From Trueperaceae bacterium (GTDB lineage Bacteria > Deinococcota > Deinococci > Deinococcales > Trueperaceae), in NCBI GenBank assembly GCA_013697735.1, contig JACCWH010000050.1, positions 62 through 64,061 on the forward strand: a stretch of 64,000 nt of DNA. Direction: 5' to 3'. The position numbers were made by a program, and so were the translations under genes. Of the stretch, positions 18,446 through 25,847 are shown one piece after another. Every line of letters begins with the position of its first letter. The stretch's first letter is position 1. The notes under the pieces are model-generated. The model made no database searches and was not told where the DNA came from. It saw only the letters and a program-made list of their open reading frames with translations.

Positions 18446-18850
18446 CTAGCGCAAGCCCTCGCCCACGATGCGCAACTCGCTCGCCATGCGCACCGAATCC
18501 GCCCACGAACCGTAGCGGCGGATGAACGTGTTGGCGTGCACGGTGCGCGGATCCCGCGACATCTCCGTCGAGGAGGGCGGCCGCCCCAGCTCGCGCGTGA
18601 GCAGCTTCATGTCGCGCCGCAACCTCGCCTCACTCGTGCCCGGGTTGCCGCGCCGCACCTGCACGCGCAACGCCAACGCGAGCGCCCTCGACCACGAACC
18701 GAACCGGACCTTCACCGTCGCCGCCGCGGGCAGCGTGAGCCCGGGGATCCCCCGATCCAGGTCGTCCATCGTCGGCGGCCGCCCCAGCGCGCGCTTGGCC
18801 TGCCGCAGGGCGGCCAGTAGCTCTCGGTCGGTGTAGAGGCGCCTCGTCAC
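18446..18850 (-). CDS. protein made of two homing-endonuclease-associated repeats (no nuclease domain)
   Basis: Two copies of the pattern ...LGRPPt..d......y..rFGSW..A: YTDRELLAALRQAKRALGRPPTMDDL...VRFGSWSRAL and LRRDMKLLTRELGRPPSSTEM...IRRYGSWADSV. GTG 18850 lies 7 nt after a TGgTAGAAT -10. Confidence 0.6.
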   Translation of the reverse strand: MTRRLYTDRELLAALRQAKRALGRPPTMDDLDRGIPGLTLPAAATVKVRFGSWSRALALALRVQVRRGNPGTSEARLRRDMKLLTRELGRPPSSTEMSRDPRTVHANTFIRRYGSWADSVRMASELRIVGEGLR

Positions 18851-18927
18851 GACCGCGATTCTACCAAAATGCGCGACATTGGCACGAGGCCTGAAACACG
18901 CGTTACGCTGCGCGGTGGAGGAACCAA
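18851..18927. promoter_or_regulatory. divergent promoter region (lowest-GC intergenic spacer)
   Basis: Minus strand: TGgTAGAAT (complement of 18858-18866), then 7 nt to GTG 18850. Plus strand: TTGGCA 18880-18885, 18 nt, TACGCT, GGAGG, ATG 18928. Confidence 0.5.
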
Positions 18928-19230
18928 ATGGAGCTGTTGAAAGCCGATCGCATGACCGAGCGCATCGTGGGCGAAGCCATGCGCCGCTGGCCCCTCGTCT
19001 ACCATCGCCGGGCCTCGTACCACGCCACCGACGTCCTGCACGACTACGGGCTGGCGCTCGCCGCGCTCTCCCTCCCCTGGTGGCGCTGGTCGCTCGTCTA
19101 CGGCGTCGCCGCCCCCACGCGACCCTGGGGGATCCCCGCGCACCTCCGCCGAGTCGTGAGCGCTCGCCGAGTGATCCGCGAGTCGATCGAGCGCGCCGTG
19201 AGCTGCGATGTCCGCGCCATCTTCCGCTAG
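18928..19230 (+). CDS. hypothetical protein
   Basis: 100-aa ORF with GGAGG 6 nt upstream of the ATG and a GC3-rich frame. First gene of the rightward early block. Confidence 0.55.
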   Translation: MELLKADRMTERIVGEAMRRWPLVYHRRASYHATDVLHDYGLALAALSLPWWRWSLVYGVAAPTRPWGIPAHLRRVVSARRVIRESIERAVSCDVRAIFR

Positions 19231-19603
19231 CACGAGGCAGCTCGCTCGCGCTCTGCGCCGCCTCGAAGAGGCCGCCAGGTCGAAGCGCGACGCACTCAAG
19301 AAGGGACCAGACGGCCACTTCACCGCCGCGAGCGCCACGATCGGCGGCTACCGCCTCTCCGTGCGCTACAACCGCCACGGCCAACGCGAGGTCAGCGTGA
19401 GCGCGCTAGAGCGCGGCGGTCACTACCTCGCCCTCGACCCGACCGTGATCGCGACCGTGAGCGCAGCGCACCGAGAGGTCTACGGTTCCTCACTGCGCAC
19501 GGCATACACTGAGCCGCGACGCATTCGAGACGGCGGGCCGCTCTACTGGGCGGTGCTCCACCAGGACGAAACCAACGTCCAGGGCCGCCTCGACCCCACA
19601 TAG
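19208..19603 (+). CDS. hypothetical protein
   Basis: 131-aa ORF with a GC3-rich frame, followed by a 9-bp-stem hairpin. Confidence 0.6.
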   Translation: MSAPSSASTRQLARALRRLEEAARSKRDALKKGPDGHFTAASATIGGYRLSVRYNRHGQREVSVSALERGGHYLALDPTVIATVSAAHREVYGSSLRTAYTEPRRIRDGGPLYWAVLHQDETNVQGRLDPT

Positions 19604-19606
19604 AAC

Positions 19607-19632
19607 CGGCCGGAGAGGGTGGACTCCGGCCG
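19607..19632 (+). terminator. hairpin (9-bp GC stem)
   Basis: CGGCCGGAG / CTCCGGCCG with an 8-nt loop, 4 nt after the stop at 19603. No U-tract. Confidence 0.4.
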
Positions 19633-19751
19633 ACTCACCTGCAGGTCTGCGGCAAGCAGGCTTACAGCGTACCGCAAGGGTGGCACACACAGCACATGCC
19701 TGTAACACAGCCGATCGCCGTCCGCATCGAGCCCAACTCGTGAAGAGCATC

Positions 19752-20750
19752 ATGCGCAAGGAGCTGCGCGCATCCTTCACGCACGTCCCCAACGAGATTA
19801 TTCGAGATCCCGACGTGTCGCCCCAGGCGCGACTCCTACTGATCCTGATGCTGTCCTTCCCGGACGACTGGGTGTTCAGCATGGAACACCTACGCGTGAC
19901 GTACTTGAGGGTTGGCAAGCACGCGGCGAGAGCTGCGCTAGCGGAGCTGATGGCGATCGGTTACGTGTCCCGACAACCGCGCCAGGAGGACGACGGCCGA
20001 ATGCACGGGCACACCTACATCGTCCGCGATCACCGGGCAGCGACTCAGGCGCCGCCACCGAAGTCCGGTTTTCCGACTGTCGGTGAACCGCCCACACCGA
20101 AGTCCGGTTTTTCGATCATCGGTGAACCGCAACCTACTAAGACTGAAAGATCTACGAAGACTGAAAGACCGAAGATCTTAGAACCTAAGATCACAACATC
20201 TGTCGGCAAAGCCGACGAGGGTGTCCAGGCAGAGAGCGCAAAGGCTGAAGCGCGAGCTGCCGTCGAAGCGGTGCGCGCTACCTGGAACGCCCGATGCGGC
20301 GCGCTCGCGAAGAGCCGCAACGGCAGCGCCGAGATCGAGAAGAAGATCCGCGCGCTGCAAAAGCGCCATGGCGCCGCGCTCCCCGAAATGTTCGCGAGCG
20401 GAATCGCGGCCGTGCGCGACGACCCGTACTGGCTCGGCTCGAAGGCTCCCGAGCGCTCGCGCCGCCGCGATGGCGCGCCGTACGGGCTGATCAACTACCT
20501 CCGGCACGTCGAGGGCAAAGCGGACATGGCCGCAGGGAGCCCTCAGATCGCCGTGGCGGGCTTGCAAGCGCCGCAGGTAGGGGAGAGTTGGTATCTCGCG
20601 GACGGCCACGCCACGGTGGTCCAGAACGAACAGGCGGGCTATGTGCGCGTTCGCCTCGACTTCGTCGTCAACTCCACGCCCGGCCGCCGAATCGGTGACA
20701 CGATCGAGGTCGACGTGCAACAGCTCCGCCGAAAGCGCATGGCGCCATGA
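19752..20750 (+). CDS. replisome organiser / replication initiator-like winged-helix protein
   Basis: The N-terminus (FTHVPNEIIRDPDVSPQARLLLILMLSFPDDW...) fits the phage replication-protein HTH pattern. It lies directly upstream of the DnaB-type helicase and contains tandem DNA repeats. The track start GTG 19680 is an alternative. Confidence 0.65.
   Translation: MRKELRASFTHVPNEIIRDPDVSPQARLLLILMLSFPDDWVFSMEHLRVTYLRVGKHAARAALAELMAIGYVSRQPRQEDDGRMHGHTYIVRDHRAATQAPPPKSGFPTVGEPPTPKSGFSIIGEPQPTKTERSTKTERPKILEPKITTSVGKADEGVQAESAKAEARAAVEAVRATWNARCGALAKSRNGSAEIEKKIRALQKRHGAALPEMFASGIAAVRDDPYWLGSKAPERSRRRDGAPYGLINYLRHVEGKADMAAGSPQIAVAGLQAPQVGESWYLADGHATVVQNEQAGYVRVRLDFVVNSTPGRRIGDTIEVDVQQLRRKRMAP
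20055..20192 (+). repeat. iteron-like direct repeats plus a less GC-rich palindromic stretch inside the organiser gene (origin candidate)
   Basis: Two ~39-bp units (CCGAAGTCCGGTTTT(C/T)CGA..(G/A)TCGGTGAACCGC at 20055-20091 and 20093-20130). Two 18-bp units share AAGACTGAAAGA (20139-20150 and 20157-20168). AGATCT palindromes lie at 20148-20153 and 20173-20178. Confidence 0.55.
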
Positions 20751-22066
20751 GCCAACTCCAGCCCATCGAAGTCGAACGCGCGGTGCTCTCGATCATCGTC
20801 CAGCACGGCGCTACCAGCCTCTTCGACGACCTCACGCCCGAGCACTTCGGTCACGACGGCAACCGCGCGCTCTTCACCGCCCTCGCTGCGCTGCACCGAG
20901 CCGGTCGACCGCTCGACCAGCCGACCGTGACCGACGCCCTCACCGGCACGCCCGCCCTCTCGCGCGTGGGCGGCGTCGCCGCGCTCGCCCTGCTCTGGTT
21001 CGACGACTCGGCGGTCGCCGCGAACCTGCCGCACTACCGCCGCACGATGGTCGAGGCGGCCAGCCGCCGCGCTCTCTCGCTCACCCTGGCGACCCTCGCC
21101 CGGGCGGTGGAGACCGAGGACGATCTCGCCGCCCTCGTCGACCGCGTCGAGCGCGAGGTCCTGGAGCGCACCACGCGCTCGGGCGCCTCCTCCGCCTTCG
21201 TCTCCTCGAAGGAGATGGTCCTCGACGCCATGGCGCTGATCGACGCCGTGCGCGAGGACGGCCTGGTCGGCTTCGACACCGGCATCGCCGAACTAAATGC
21301 GCTCTTCGGCGGCTGGGAGCCCGGCACCCTCAACATCATCCTGGGTGCTCCGGGTGTCGGGAAGACGGCGCTGTGGCTGCAGAGCGCGCTGCACGTCGCC
21401 ACCCAGGCGCCCGTGGCGCTCGTGCAGCTCGAAATGACGCCCGGCAAGATGGGCTTGCGCGCGCTCGCGAACATGTCCCGGGTCTCCTTCGGCCGAATGC
21501 GCAAGAACGGCCTGCAGGACCGGGACTTCCAGCGCATGAGCGATCACCTGGGCCGCCTCGCCGCGCTACCCATCCACATCGCCCCGAGCGGCGTCGAGAC
21601 CCTCGACGAGGTCCGCGCCTGGTACCGACGCATGTACGTCGATCACGGCTGCCGCTCGCTCTGGATCGACAACATGAAGCTCATCACCCTCGCCGACACC
21701 CGCGTGCGCGACCTCGATCGCTTCACCGTGATCACGCGCTCCCTCAAGCGCCTGTCGATGGAGCTGCTCTCGCCCATCCAGACGATCCACCACATGAATC
21801 GCGGCGAGGACGAACTGAAGGCGCCGACCTTGCGCTCGGGGTACGGCTCCTCCTCGATCGAGCAGGACGCCGACATCGTGCTCGCGCTCTGGCGCCCCAT
21901 CCCCGACGCCGTGGCGGAGGTCGAGGTCCTGCCGCTGAAGGTGCGCGACGCCTTCGGCCAGGCCTTCCTCCTCAACTGGATCGGCGACCAACAGCGGTAC
22001 GCCAGCCTCTCCCGAGCCGCCGAGCCGCCGCTCTACAGCGACCAGGGCTACGCGGAGCACAACTGA
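20747..22066 (+). CDS. dnaB: DnaB-type replicative helicase
   Basis: The N-terminus begins IEVERAVLSIIV.... Walker A is GAPGVGKTALWLQ and Walker B is SLWIDNMKLI. Length of 439 aa fits. Confidence 0.9.
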   Translation: MSQLQPIEVERAVLSIIVQHGATSLFDDLTPEHFGHDGNRALFTALAALHRAGRPLDQPTVTDALTGTPALSRVGGVAALALLWFDDSAVAANLPHYRRTMVEAASRRALSLTLATLARAVETEDDLAALVDRVEREVLERTTRSGASSAFVSSKEMVLDAMALIDAVREDGLVGFDTGIAELNALFGGWEPGTLNIILGAPGVGKTALWLQSALHVATQAPVALVQLEMTPGKMGLRALANMSRVSFGRMRKNGLQDRDFQRMSDHLGRLAALPIHIAPSGVETLDEVRAWYRRMYVDHGCRSLWIDNMKLITLADTRVRDLDRFTVITRSLKRLSMELLSPIQTIHHMNRGEDELKAPTLRSGYGSSSIEQDADIVLALWRPIPDAVAEVEVLPLKVRDAFGQAFLLNWIGDQQRYASLSRAAEPPLYSDQGYAEHN

Positions 22067-22428
22067 TGGGACCGCGGCCCGTGCGGGCGAGGGGACCGCG
22101 GATCCCCGAGAGCGCCTTCCAAGCGCAGTTCCTCACGTACGCGAGCATGAACGGCTGGCGATCGTTCCACGCTCGGCCCGCCCAGAACCGCCGGGGGGAG
22201 TGGGGCACCGCGGTGGCGGGCGACGGCAAGGGTTTCCCCGACACCGTGCTGCTCCGCGACGAGCGCATCGTCGTCGCCGAGCTGAAGGCCGAGGGCGGCA
22301 CCCTGCGCCCCGACCAGCGCGCCTGGATCGCCGCTTGGCGCCTCACTCCGGCGGAGGTCTACGTGTGGACGCCGGAAGATTGGTCGGTGATCTTCAAGGT
22401 TCTGAGCCGTGTCACGCGAAGGGGTTGA
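22066..22428 (+). CDS. VRR-NUC domain nuclease
   Basis: GFPDTVLLRDERIVVAELKAEGGTLRPDQRAWI matches the PD-(D/E)xK VRR-NUC pattern. The ATG overlaps the dnaB TGA. It is the terminal part of track ORF 20641..22428. Confidence 0.75.
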   Translation: MGPRPVRARGPRIPESAFQAQFLTYASMNGWRSFHARPAQNRRGEWGTAVAGDGKGFPDTVLLRDERIVVAELKAEGGTLRPDQRAWIAAWRLTPAEVYVWTPEDWSVIFKVLSRVTRRG

Positions 22429-22469
22429 CACGCGGAGGTTTAGGTTATACAATGCGGGCGGAGGAAACC
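22411..22469 (+). promoter_or_regulatory. cassette promoter P1
   Basis: TTGACA 22425-22430, 17-nt spacer, TACAAT 22448-22453, GGAGGAAACC, ATG 22470. Member of the 9-copy cassette family. Confidence 0.7.
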
Positions 22470-22727
22470 ATGAAGAAGCCAGCCAAGACCATCAAGATCG
22501 CCGTCGACTCGAAGGGCAAGCGCTACCGCATCCGCCGCGACGGACGCTGCTACCAGTGGTCGAGCGTCGCCTCGTCCTACCCTTACGCCGCCGCCGTCGA
22601 CCAGATCGAAGCGGAGGGGGGCCACGTCGAGATCGAGCCGAACCCCTACTACGAGGCCGAGCTGAAGCGCTACGAGGACGCGAAGATCCGGCGCGACTGG
22701 AACCTGTGGCTGGGATTCGGTCGATGA
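22470..22727 (+). CDS. hypothetical early protein
   Basis: 85 aa. First ORF behind cassette promoter P1 (GGAGGAAACC ATG). Confidence 0.65.
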   Translation: MKKPAKTIKIAVDSKGKRYRIRRDGRCYQWSSVASSYPYAAAVDQIEAEGGHVEIEPNPYYEAELKRYEDAKIRRDWNLWLGFGR

Positions 22728-23038
22728 ATAACGGCGAGGGGGGCCCCACGGGGCCCCACCCCCTACCCCTCGGCCGAGTCGTCGCCACCCCCGGCGCGAT
22801 CGACCTACTCGACCGCCTCGGCGGACCCCGAAGCAAGTTGACGATCGCCACCCTGATCCGCCGCCACTCGAACGGCGACTGGGGCGACCTCTGCGACGAG
22901 GACCGACAGGTCAACGTCGACGCGCTCGCGAACGGCGAGCGAATCATGTCGGTCTACACCGTGCACGACGCGCGCCTCTACGTGATCACCGAAGCCGACC
23001 GCAGCGCCACCACCTTCCTGCTCCCGAGCGAATACTGA
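22724..23038 (+). CDS. conserved small protein with GDWG motif (family common on plasmids and phages)
   Basis: LGRVVATPGAIDLL...RHSNGDWGDLCDEDRQVN...ITEADRSATTFLLPSEY matches a widespread family of unknown function that I recognise from memory. ATGA overlap with the upstream gene. Confidence 0.65.
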   Translation: MNNGEGGPTGPHPLPLGRVVATPGAIDLLDRLGGPRSKLTIATLIRRHSNGDWGDLCDEDRQVNVDALANGERIMSVYTVHDARLYVITEADRSATTFLLPSEY

Positions 23039-23059
23039 GGCCGGACCCGCCCTGGACGG

Positions 23060-23077
23060 GGGCGCCTTCGGGCGCCC
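23060..23077 (+). terminator. hairpin with TTCG tetraloop
   Basis: GGGCGCC TTCG GGCGCCC, located between the gene ending at 23038 and cassette P2. Weak T-tract (TCGTTATC). Confidence 0.45.
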
Positions 23078-23082
23078 TCGTT

Positions 23083-23145
23083 ATCACGCGATAGGGTTGA
23101 CACGCAGAGGTTTAGGTTATAGCATGGGTCTTAGGAGGAAACACC
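23083..23145 (+). promoter_or_regulatory. cassette promoter P2
   Basis: TTGACA 23097-23102, 17-nt spacer, TAGCAT 23120-23125, GGAGGAAACACC, ATG 23146. Confidence 0.7.
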
Positions 23146-23355
23146 ATGAAGCAGCCCAGCCCCGCACAAGTCAAGCTCCTCGAAGCAATGAGCAACGGCG
23201 CCACCCTGACCATCAGCACCATGTACGATCGCTCCGCCTATCTCGTCGACGGATCTTCGCGGCGGAAAGTCTCCCTCGCGACCGCCATGGCCGTCGCCGA
23301 GCGCCCCGAAGTCCGCCGTAAGGCCGGGGGCTACGTGCTCCGCGGGGGGGCGTGA
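23146..23355 (+). CDS. hypothetical early protein
   Basis: 69 aa, behind cassette promoter P2. Confidence 0.6.
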   Translation: MKQPSPAQVKLLEAMSNGATLTISTMYDRSAYLVDGSSRRKVSLATAMAVAERPEVRRKAGGYVLRGGA

Positions 23356-23555
23356 GCGCCATGCCCGAGACCGCCACCACCCCCGAGCCCATCCTGATCC
23401 GTCGACTCTTCCACCCCTACGGGACCTCACCCCCCGTCTGGCAGGTCTTCCGCTGGCAGGGCTCCCACGTCGTCAACCTCGGGAAGTGGACGACCGAGGC
23501 GAAGGCGCTCACCGCGAAGCGCGCGATCGAGAAGCAGGAAGCCGCCGATGCCTGA
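23352..23555 (+). CDS. hypothetical protein
   Basis: 67 aa. GTG start overlaps the upstream stop. Confidence 0.5.
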   Translation: MSAMPETATTPEPILIRRLFHPYGTSPPVWQVFRWQGSHVVNLGKWTTEAKALTAKRAIEKQEAADA

Positions 23556-23793
23556 CGAAGCGCGCCCGACCCTGCTCGTGCCTGAGCCGTGGAACCTGGA
23601 CGATCACCACCTCGGCGGCTACCGAGAGGCCGACGTCGGCGACGCGCTCGCGTTCCTGGGGCTGACCGTGGATCACCTGGCCTATGCGATCGCCGCGCTT
23701 CGGTATCGGCATCGCGGTCTCGGGGTCGATGAGGAGACGGAGGTCGCGCTAGAAGCCGTCCTCGATCGTCTCGACGAGGAGAGAGCGCCGTGA
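23548..23793 (+). CDS. hypothetical protein, paralogue of 24115..24399
   Basis: 81 aa. Shares MPDE.RPT..., DALAFLGLTVDHL and VLDRL.EE with 24115..24399, including a 36-nt identical DNA stretch. Confidence 0.6.
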   Translation: MPDEARPTLLVPEPWNLDDHHLGGYREADVGDALAFLGLTVDHLAYAIAALRYRHRGLGVDEETEVALEAVLDRLDEERAP

Positions 23794-24122
23794 CCGACTA
23801 CCTGCCCAACGTGAGCGGTCTGCTGCGTGTCTGTGCAGGATGCCGTACGATCGTTACCCCCGAGCAGTTGCAGGGTTCCGATTGGCACGACGTGTTCTTC
23901 CACGGCGACCACGCGCCTTGCGGCCCCGTCCTGTCATACGTGGCGTCTCGCGCGGACCTGCTGCGAGCGATCCACCCGAGACTGACAGAGCAGGACATGC
24001 GGATCGCATCCACCCTGTTCGAGGAGGAAGCCGCTCGCCTGCACCCCGACTGCATCGCGCGTGGGCGGTACGAGGCTCGCGCTGAGCGTTTTCGACCGCC
24101 AGAGGAGCCACGCGATGCCTGA
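23790..24122 (+). CDS. hypothetical Cys-containing protein
   Basis: 110 aa. GTGA overlap with the upstream gene. Contains CAGC...H..H..C, a possible metal site. Confidence 0.55.
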   Translation: MTDYLPNVSGLLRVCAGCRTIVTPEQLQGSDWHDVFFHGDHAPCGPVLSYVASRADLLRAIHPRLTEQDMRIASTLFEEEAARLHPDCIARGRYEARAERFRPPEEPRDA

Positions 24123-24399
24123 CGAGCCGCGCCCGACCAAGGTCAAGACCCTAGCCGTTCGTACCGATTACGAGTTCGGCGATGTCGAGTGGGTAAATGC
24201 CACCACCGCTGATGCGCTCGCGTTCCTGGGGCTGACCGTGGATCACCTGTCACGGCTGGCCCTCGCCGCCACCATGGGCGCAGGTACGCGGCGGTGGGAC
24301 CATCCGGTGTTTCACGAAGCCAGGGCCGAGGGCGACGTTGCCGCAATCAAGGCGGTCGCCGTCGTCCTCGATCGTCTCGGTGAGGAGGTGAAGCCGTGA
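24115..24399 (+). CDS. hypothetical protein, paralogue of 23548..23793
   Basis: 94 aa from ATG 24115 (trimmed from the track start at 24061). Uses the same ATGCCTGA overlap with its upstream gene as its paralogue. Confidence 0.6.
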   Translation: MPDEPRPTKVKTLAVRTDYEFGDVEWVNATTADALAFLGLTVDHLSRLALAATMGAGTRRWDHPVFHEARAEGDVAAIKAVAVVLDRLGEEVKP

Positions 24400-24593
24400 A
24401 CCTTCGGCTGCGCTGGCTCTATCTGAGGGTGTGGTGCAGCTCGCGCTGGCGCTGGGTAACGGGGCAGCCACCGCGCACCTTCACCGAGCACGAGCGCGCG
24501 CAGATCAGGTGGATGCTGCACGAGTCGGGCGCCGACGCGAAGACGATGGATCTCGTCGACGAGCGCATCGAGCGGCGACGGAGGGGGCCGTGA
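24396..24593 (+). CDS. hypothetical protein
   Basis: 65 aa, Trp/Arg-rich. GTGA overlap with the upstream gene. Confidence 0.45.
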   Translation: MNLRLRWLYLRVWCSSRWRWVTGQPPRTFTEHERAQIRWMLHESGADAKTMDLVDERIERRRRGP

Positions 24594-24598
24594 ACGAC

Positions 24599-24660
24599 GT
24601 CACGCAATAGGGTTGACACGCTCGGGGTTTAGGGTATAGGATGCTGGTGGAGGAAACACC
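24599..24660 (+). promoter_or_regulatory. cassette promoter P3
   Basis: TTGACA 24613-24618, 18-nt spacer ending GGTTTAGGGTA, TAGGAT 24637-24642, GGAGGAAACACC, ATG 24661. Confidence 0.7.
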
Positions 24661-25803
24661 ATGACGACGCGCACCGATCCCCACAGCCCCAAGAACTTCG
24701 AGCCCACGCACTACACCTTCATCGGCTGGATCTACACCGGCTCCAACGTCGAAGCCGCCGACGCCCTCAACGATCCCGAGGCCGTCGACTTCATGGACGC
24801 GCACCCGCACGTCGGCGTCTACGGCGCGAGCCAGTGCGATCACTGCGGCTCGCGCTTCGCCTACGGCGCCGTCTTCTCCTACCGCGGCGAAGGCTGGATC
24901 ACCGTCGGCCACGACTGCGCCTCCGGCCGCTTCAACTGCCCCGACCGCTTCACCTTCGAGCTGGCGACCATGCGCCGGAAGGTCGCCGCCCTGCGCGAGT
25001 ACGGCAAGAAGAGCGCCGCCGTCCGCAAGCTGATGGCCGCGCACCCGGACCTCGCCGTCGCCGCCGAGTGGAGCACCGAGGCCTGGGAGATCCGCAACGA
25101 TCTCCGGGCGCAAGACACCGAAGAGGGCGAGCGCGAAGCCCGCGTCCTCGGCCACCTCGTCGGCTTCAACATCGACACCATCCGCGACATCGTCGCGAAG
25201 CTCTTCCGGTACGGCTCGATCTCCGAGAAGCAGACCGCCTTCGTGATCCGCCTCGCCCGAGAGGGCCAGGAGAAGCTCACGCAGGCCAAGGCGATCGCCG
25301 AGCGCATCGCGGCTATGGAGCCCCTCACCGCGGGTCGCCAGGCGCTCGAAGGCACCCTGAAGAGCGTCAAGAGCTACGACGGCTTCAACGGCCCCGTCTG
25401 GAAGATGGTCGTCGCCCTCGACTCCGGCCACGCCGTCTTCGGCACCGTCCCCGGATCCCTCTGGGAGGACGCCAACCGCATCGCCTTCGGCGAGGGCACC
25501 GTCCCGATGGATGGGCTGAAGGGGATCCGCGTGCGCTTCGACGCCAACGTCGACCCGAGCGTCGGCGATAACGACTTCGCGAAGTACAGCCGCCCGACGA
25601 AGTGCGAGGTCCTCGACGTCACCCCCATGCGCGCCGCCCAAGCGCGCGCCGAGGCGAGCGAGATCGAGCGCCGCCTCGCCCAGGTCGCCGAGCTGGCCGC
25701 CAACGATGCCGACGACGCGGCCTGGACCGAGGTTGCCGCGAAGCTCGCAACCCGCCGCGCCGAGGTTGCCGCGCGAGTGGCGATCGTCACGCAAAGGAGT
25801 TGA
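24661..25803 (+). CDS. hypothetical early protein (380 aa) with N-terminal Cys/His cluster
   Basis: Behind cassette promoter P3. Contains CDHCGS...GHDCAS. Its stop codon lies inside the -35 box of P4. Confidence 0.7.
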   Translation: MTTRTDPHSPKNFEPTHYTFIGWIYTGSNVEAADALNDPEAVDFMDAHPHVGVYGASQCDHCGSRFAYGAVFSYRGEGWITVGHDCASGRFNCPDRFTFELATMRRKVAALREYGKKSAAVRKLMAAHPDLAVAAEWSTEAWEIRNDLRAQDTEEGEREARVLGHLVGFNIDTIRDIVAKLFRYGSISEKQTAFVIRLAREGQEKLTQAKAIAERIAAMEPLTAGRQALEGTLKSVKSYDGFNGPVWKMVVALDSGHAVFGTVPGSLWEDANRIAFGEGTVPMDGLKGIRVRFDANVDPSVGDNDFAKYSRPTKCEVLDVTPMRAAQARAEASEIERRLAQVAELAANDADDAAWTEVAAKLATRRAEVAARVAIVTQRS

Positions 25804-25847
25804 CGCCAAGTAGGTTTAGGGTATAGGATGGTCTCGGAGGAAACACC
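25786..25847 (+). promoter_or_regulatory. cassette promoter P4
   Basis: TTGACG 25800-25805, 18-nt spacer, TAGGAT 25824-25829, GGAGGAAACACC, ATG 25848. Confidence 0.7.

Noticed and set aside
14358-18850. Lysogeny or partition module (XRE regulator plus ParB-like protein) implying a temperate or plasmid-prophage lifestyle
   Set aside because: No integrase, excisionase, ParA, telomerase or CI-type repressor with a peptidase domain was seen. ParB-like and small HTH proteins are also common in lytic phages, so lifestyle cannot be called.
16839-19384. Long N-terminal extensions of track ORFs 16839..18506 and 18446..19384 (minus strand)
   Set aside because: The extensions overlap the ParB-like gene or the plus-strand genes, and they are Arg-rich junk. 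Both were trimmed to starts that overlap upstream stops or follow a -10 box.
20641-22428. 595-aa ORF overlapping the DnaB-type helicase gene
   Set aside because: It is Arg/Pro-rich in the alternate frame of dnaB. Only the terminal 120 codons after the dnaB stop, which carry the VRR-NUC motif, were kept.
24505-25809. 434-aa minus-strand ORF covering gene 24661..25803
   Set aside because: It is antisense to an ORF that sits exactly behind a cassette promoter and RBS. The composition (Gly/Ala/Asp/Val/Arg runs) is typical of an antisense GC artefact.
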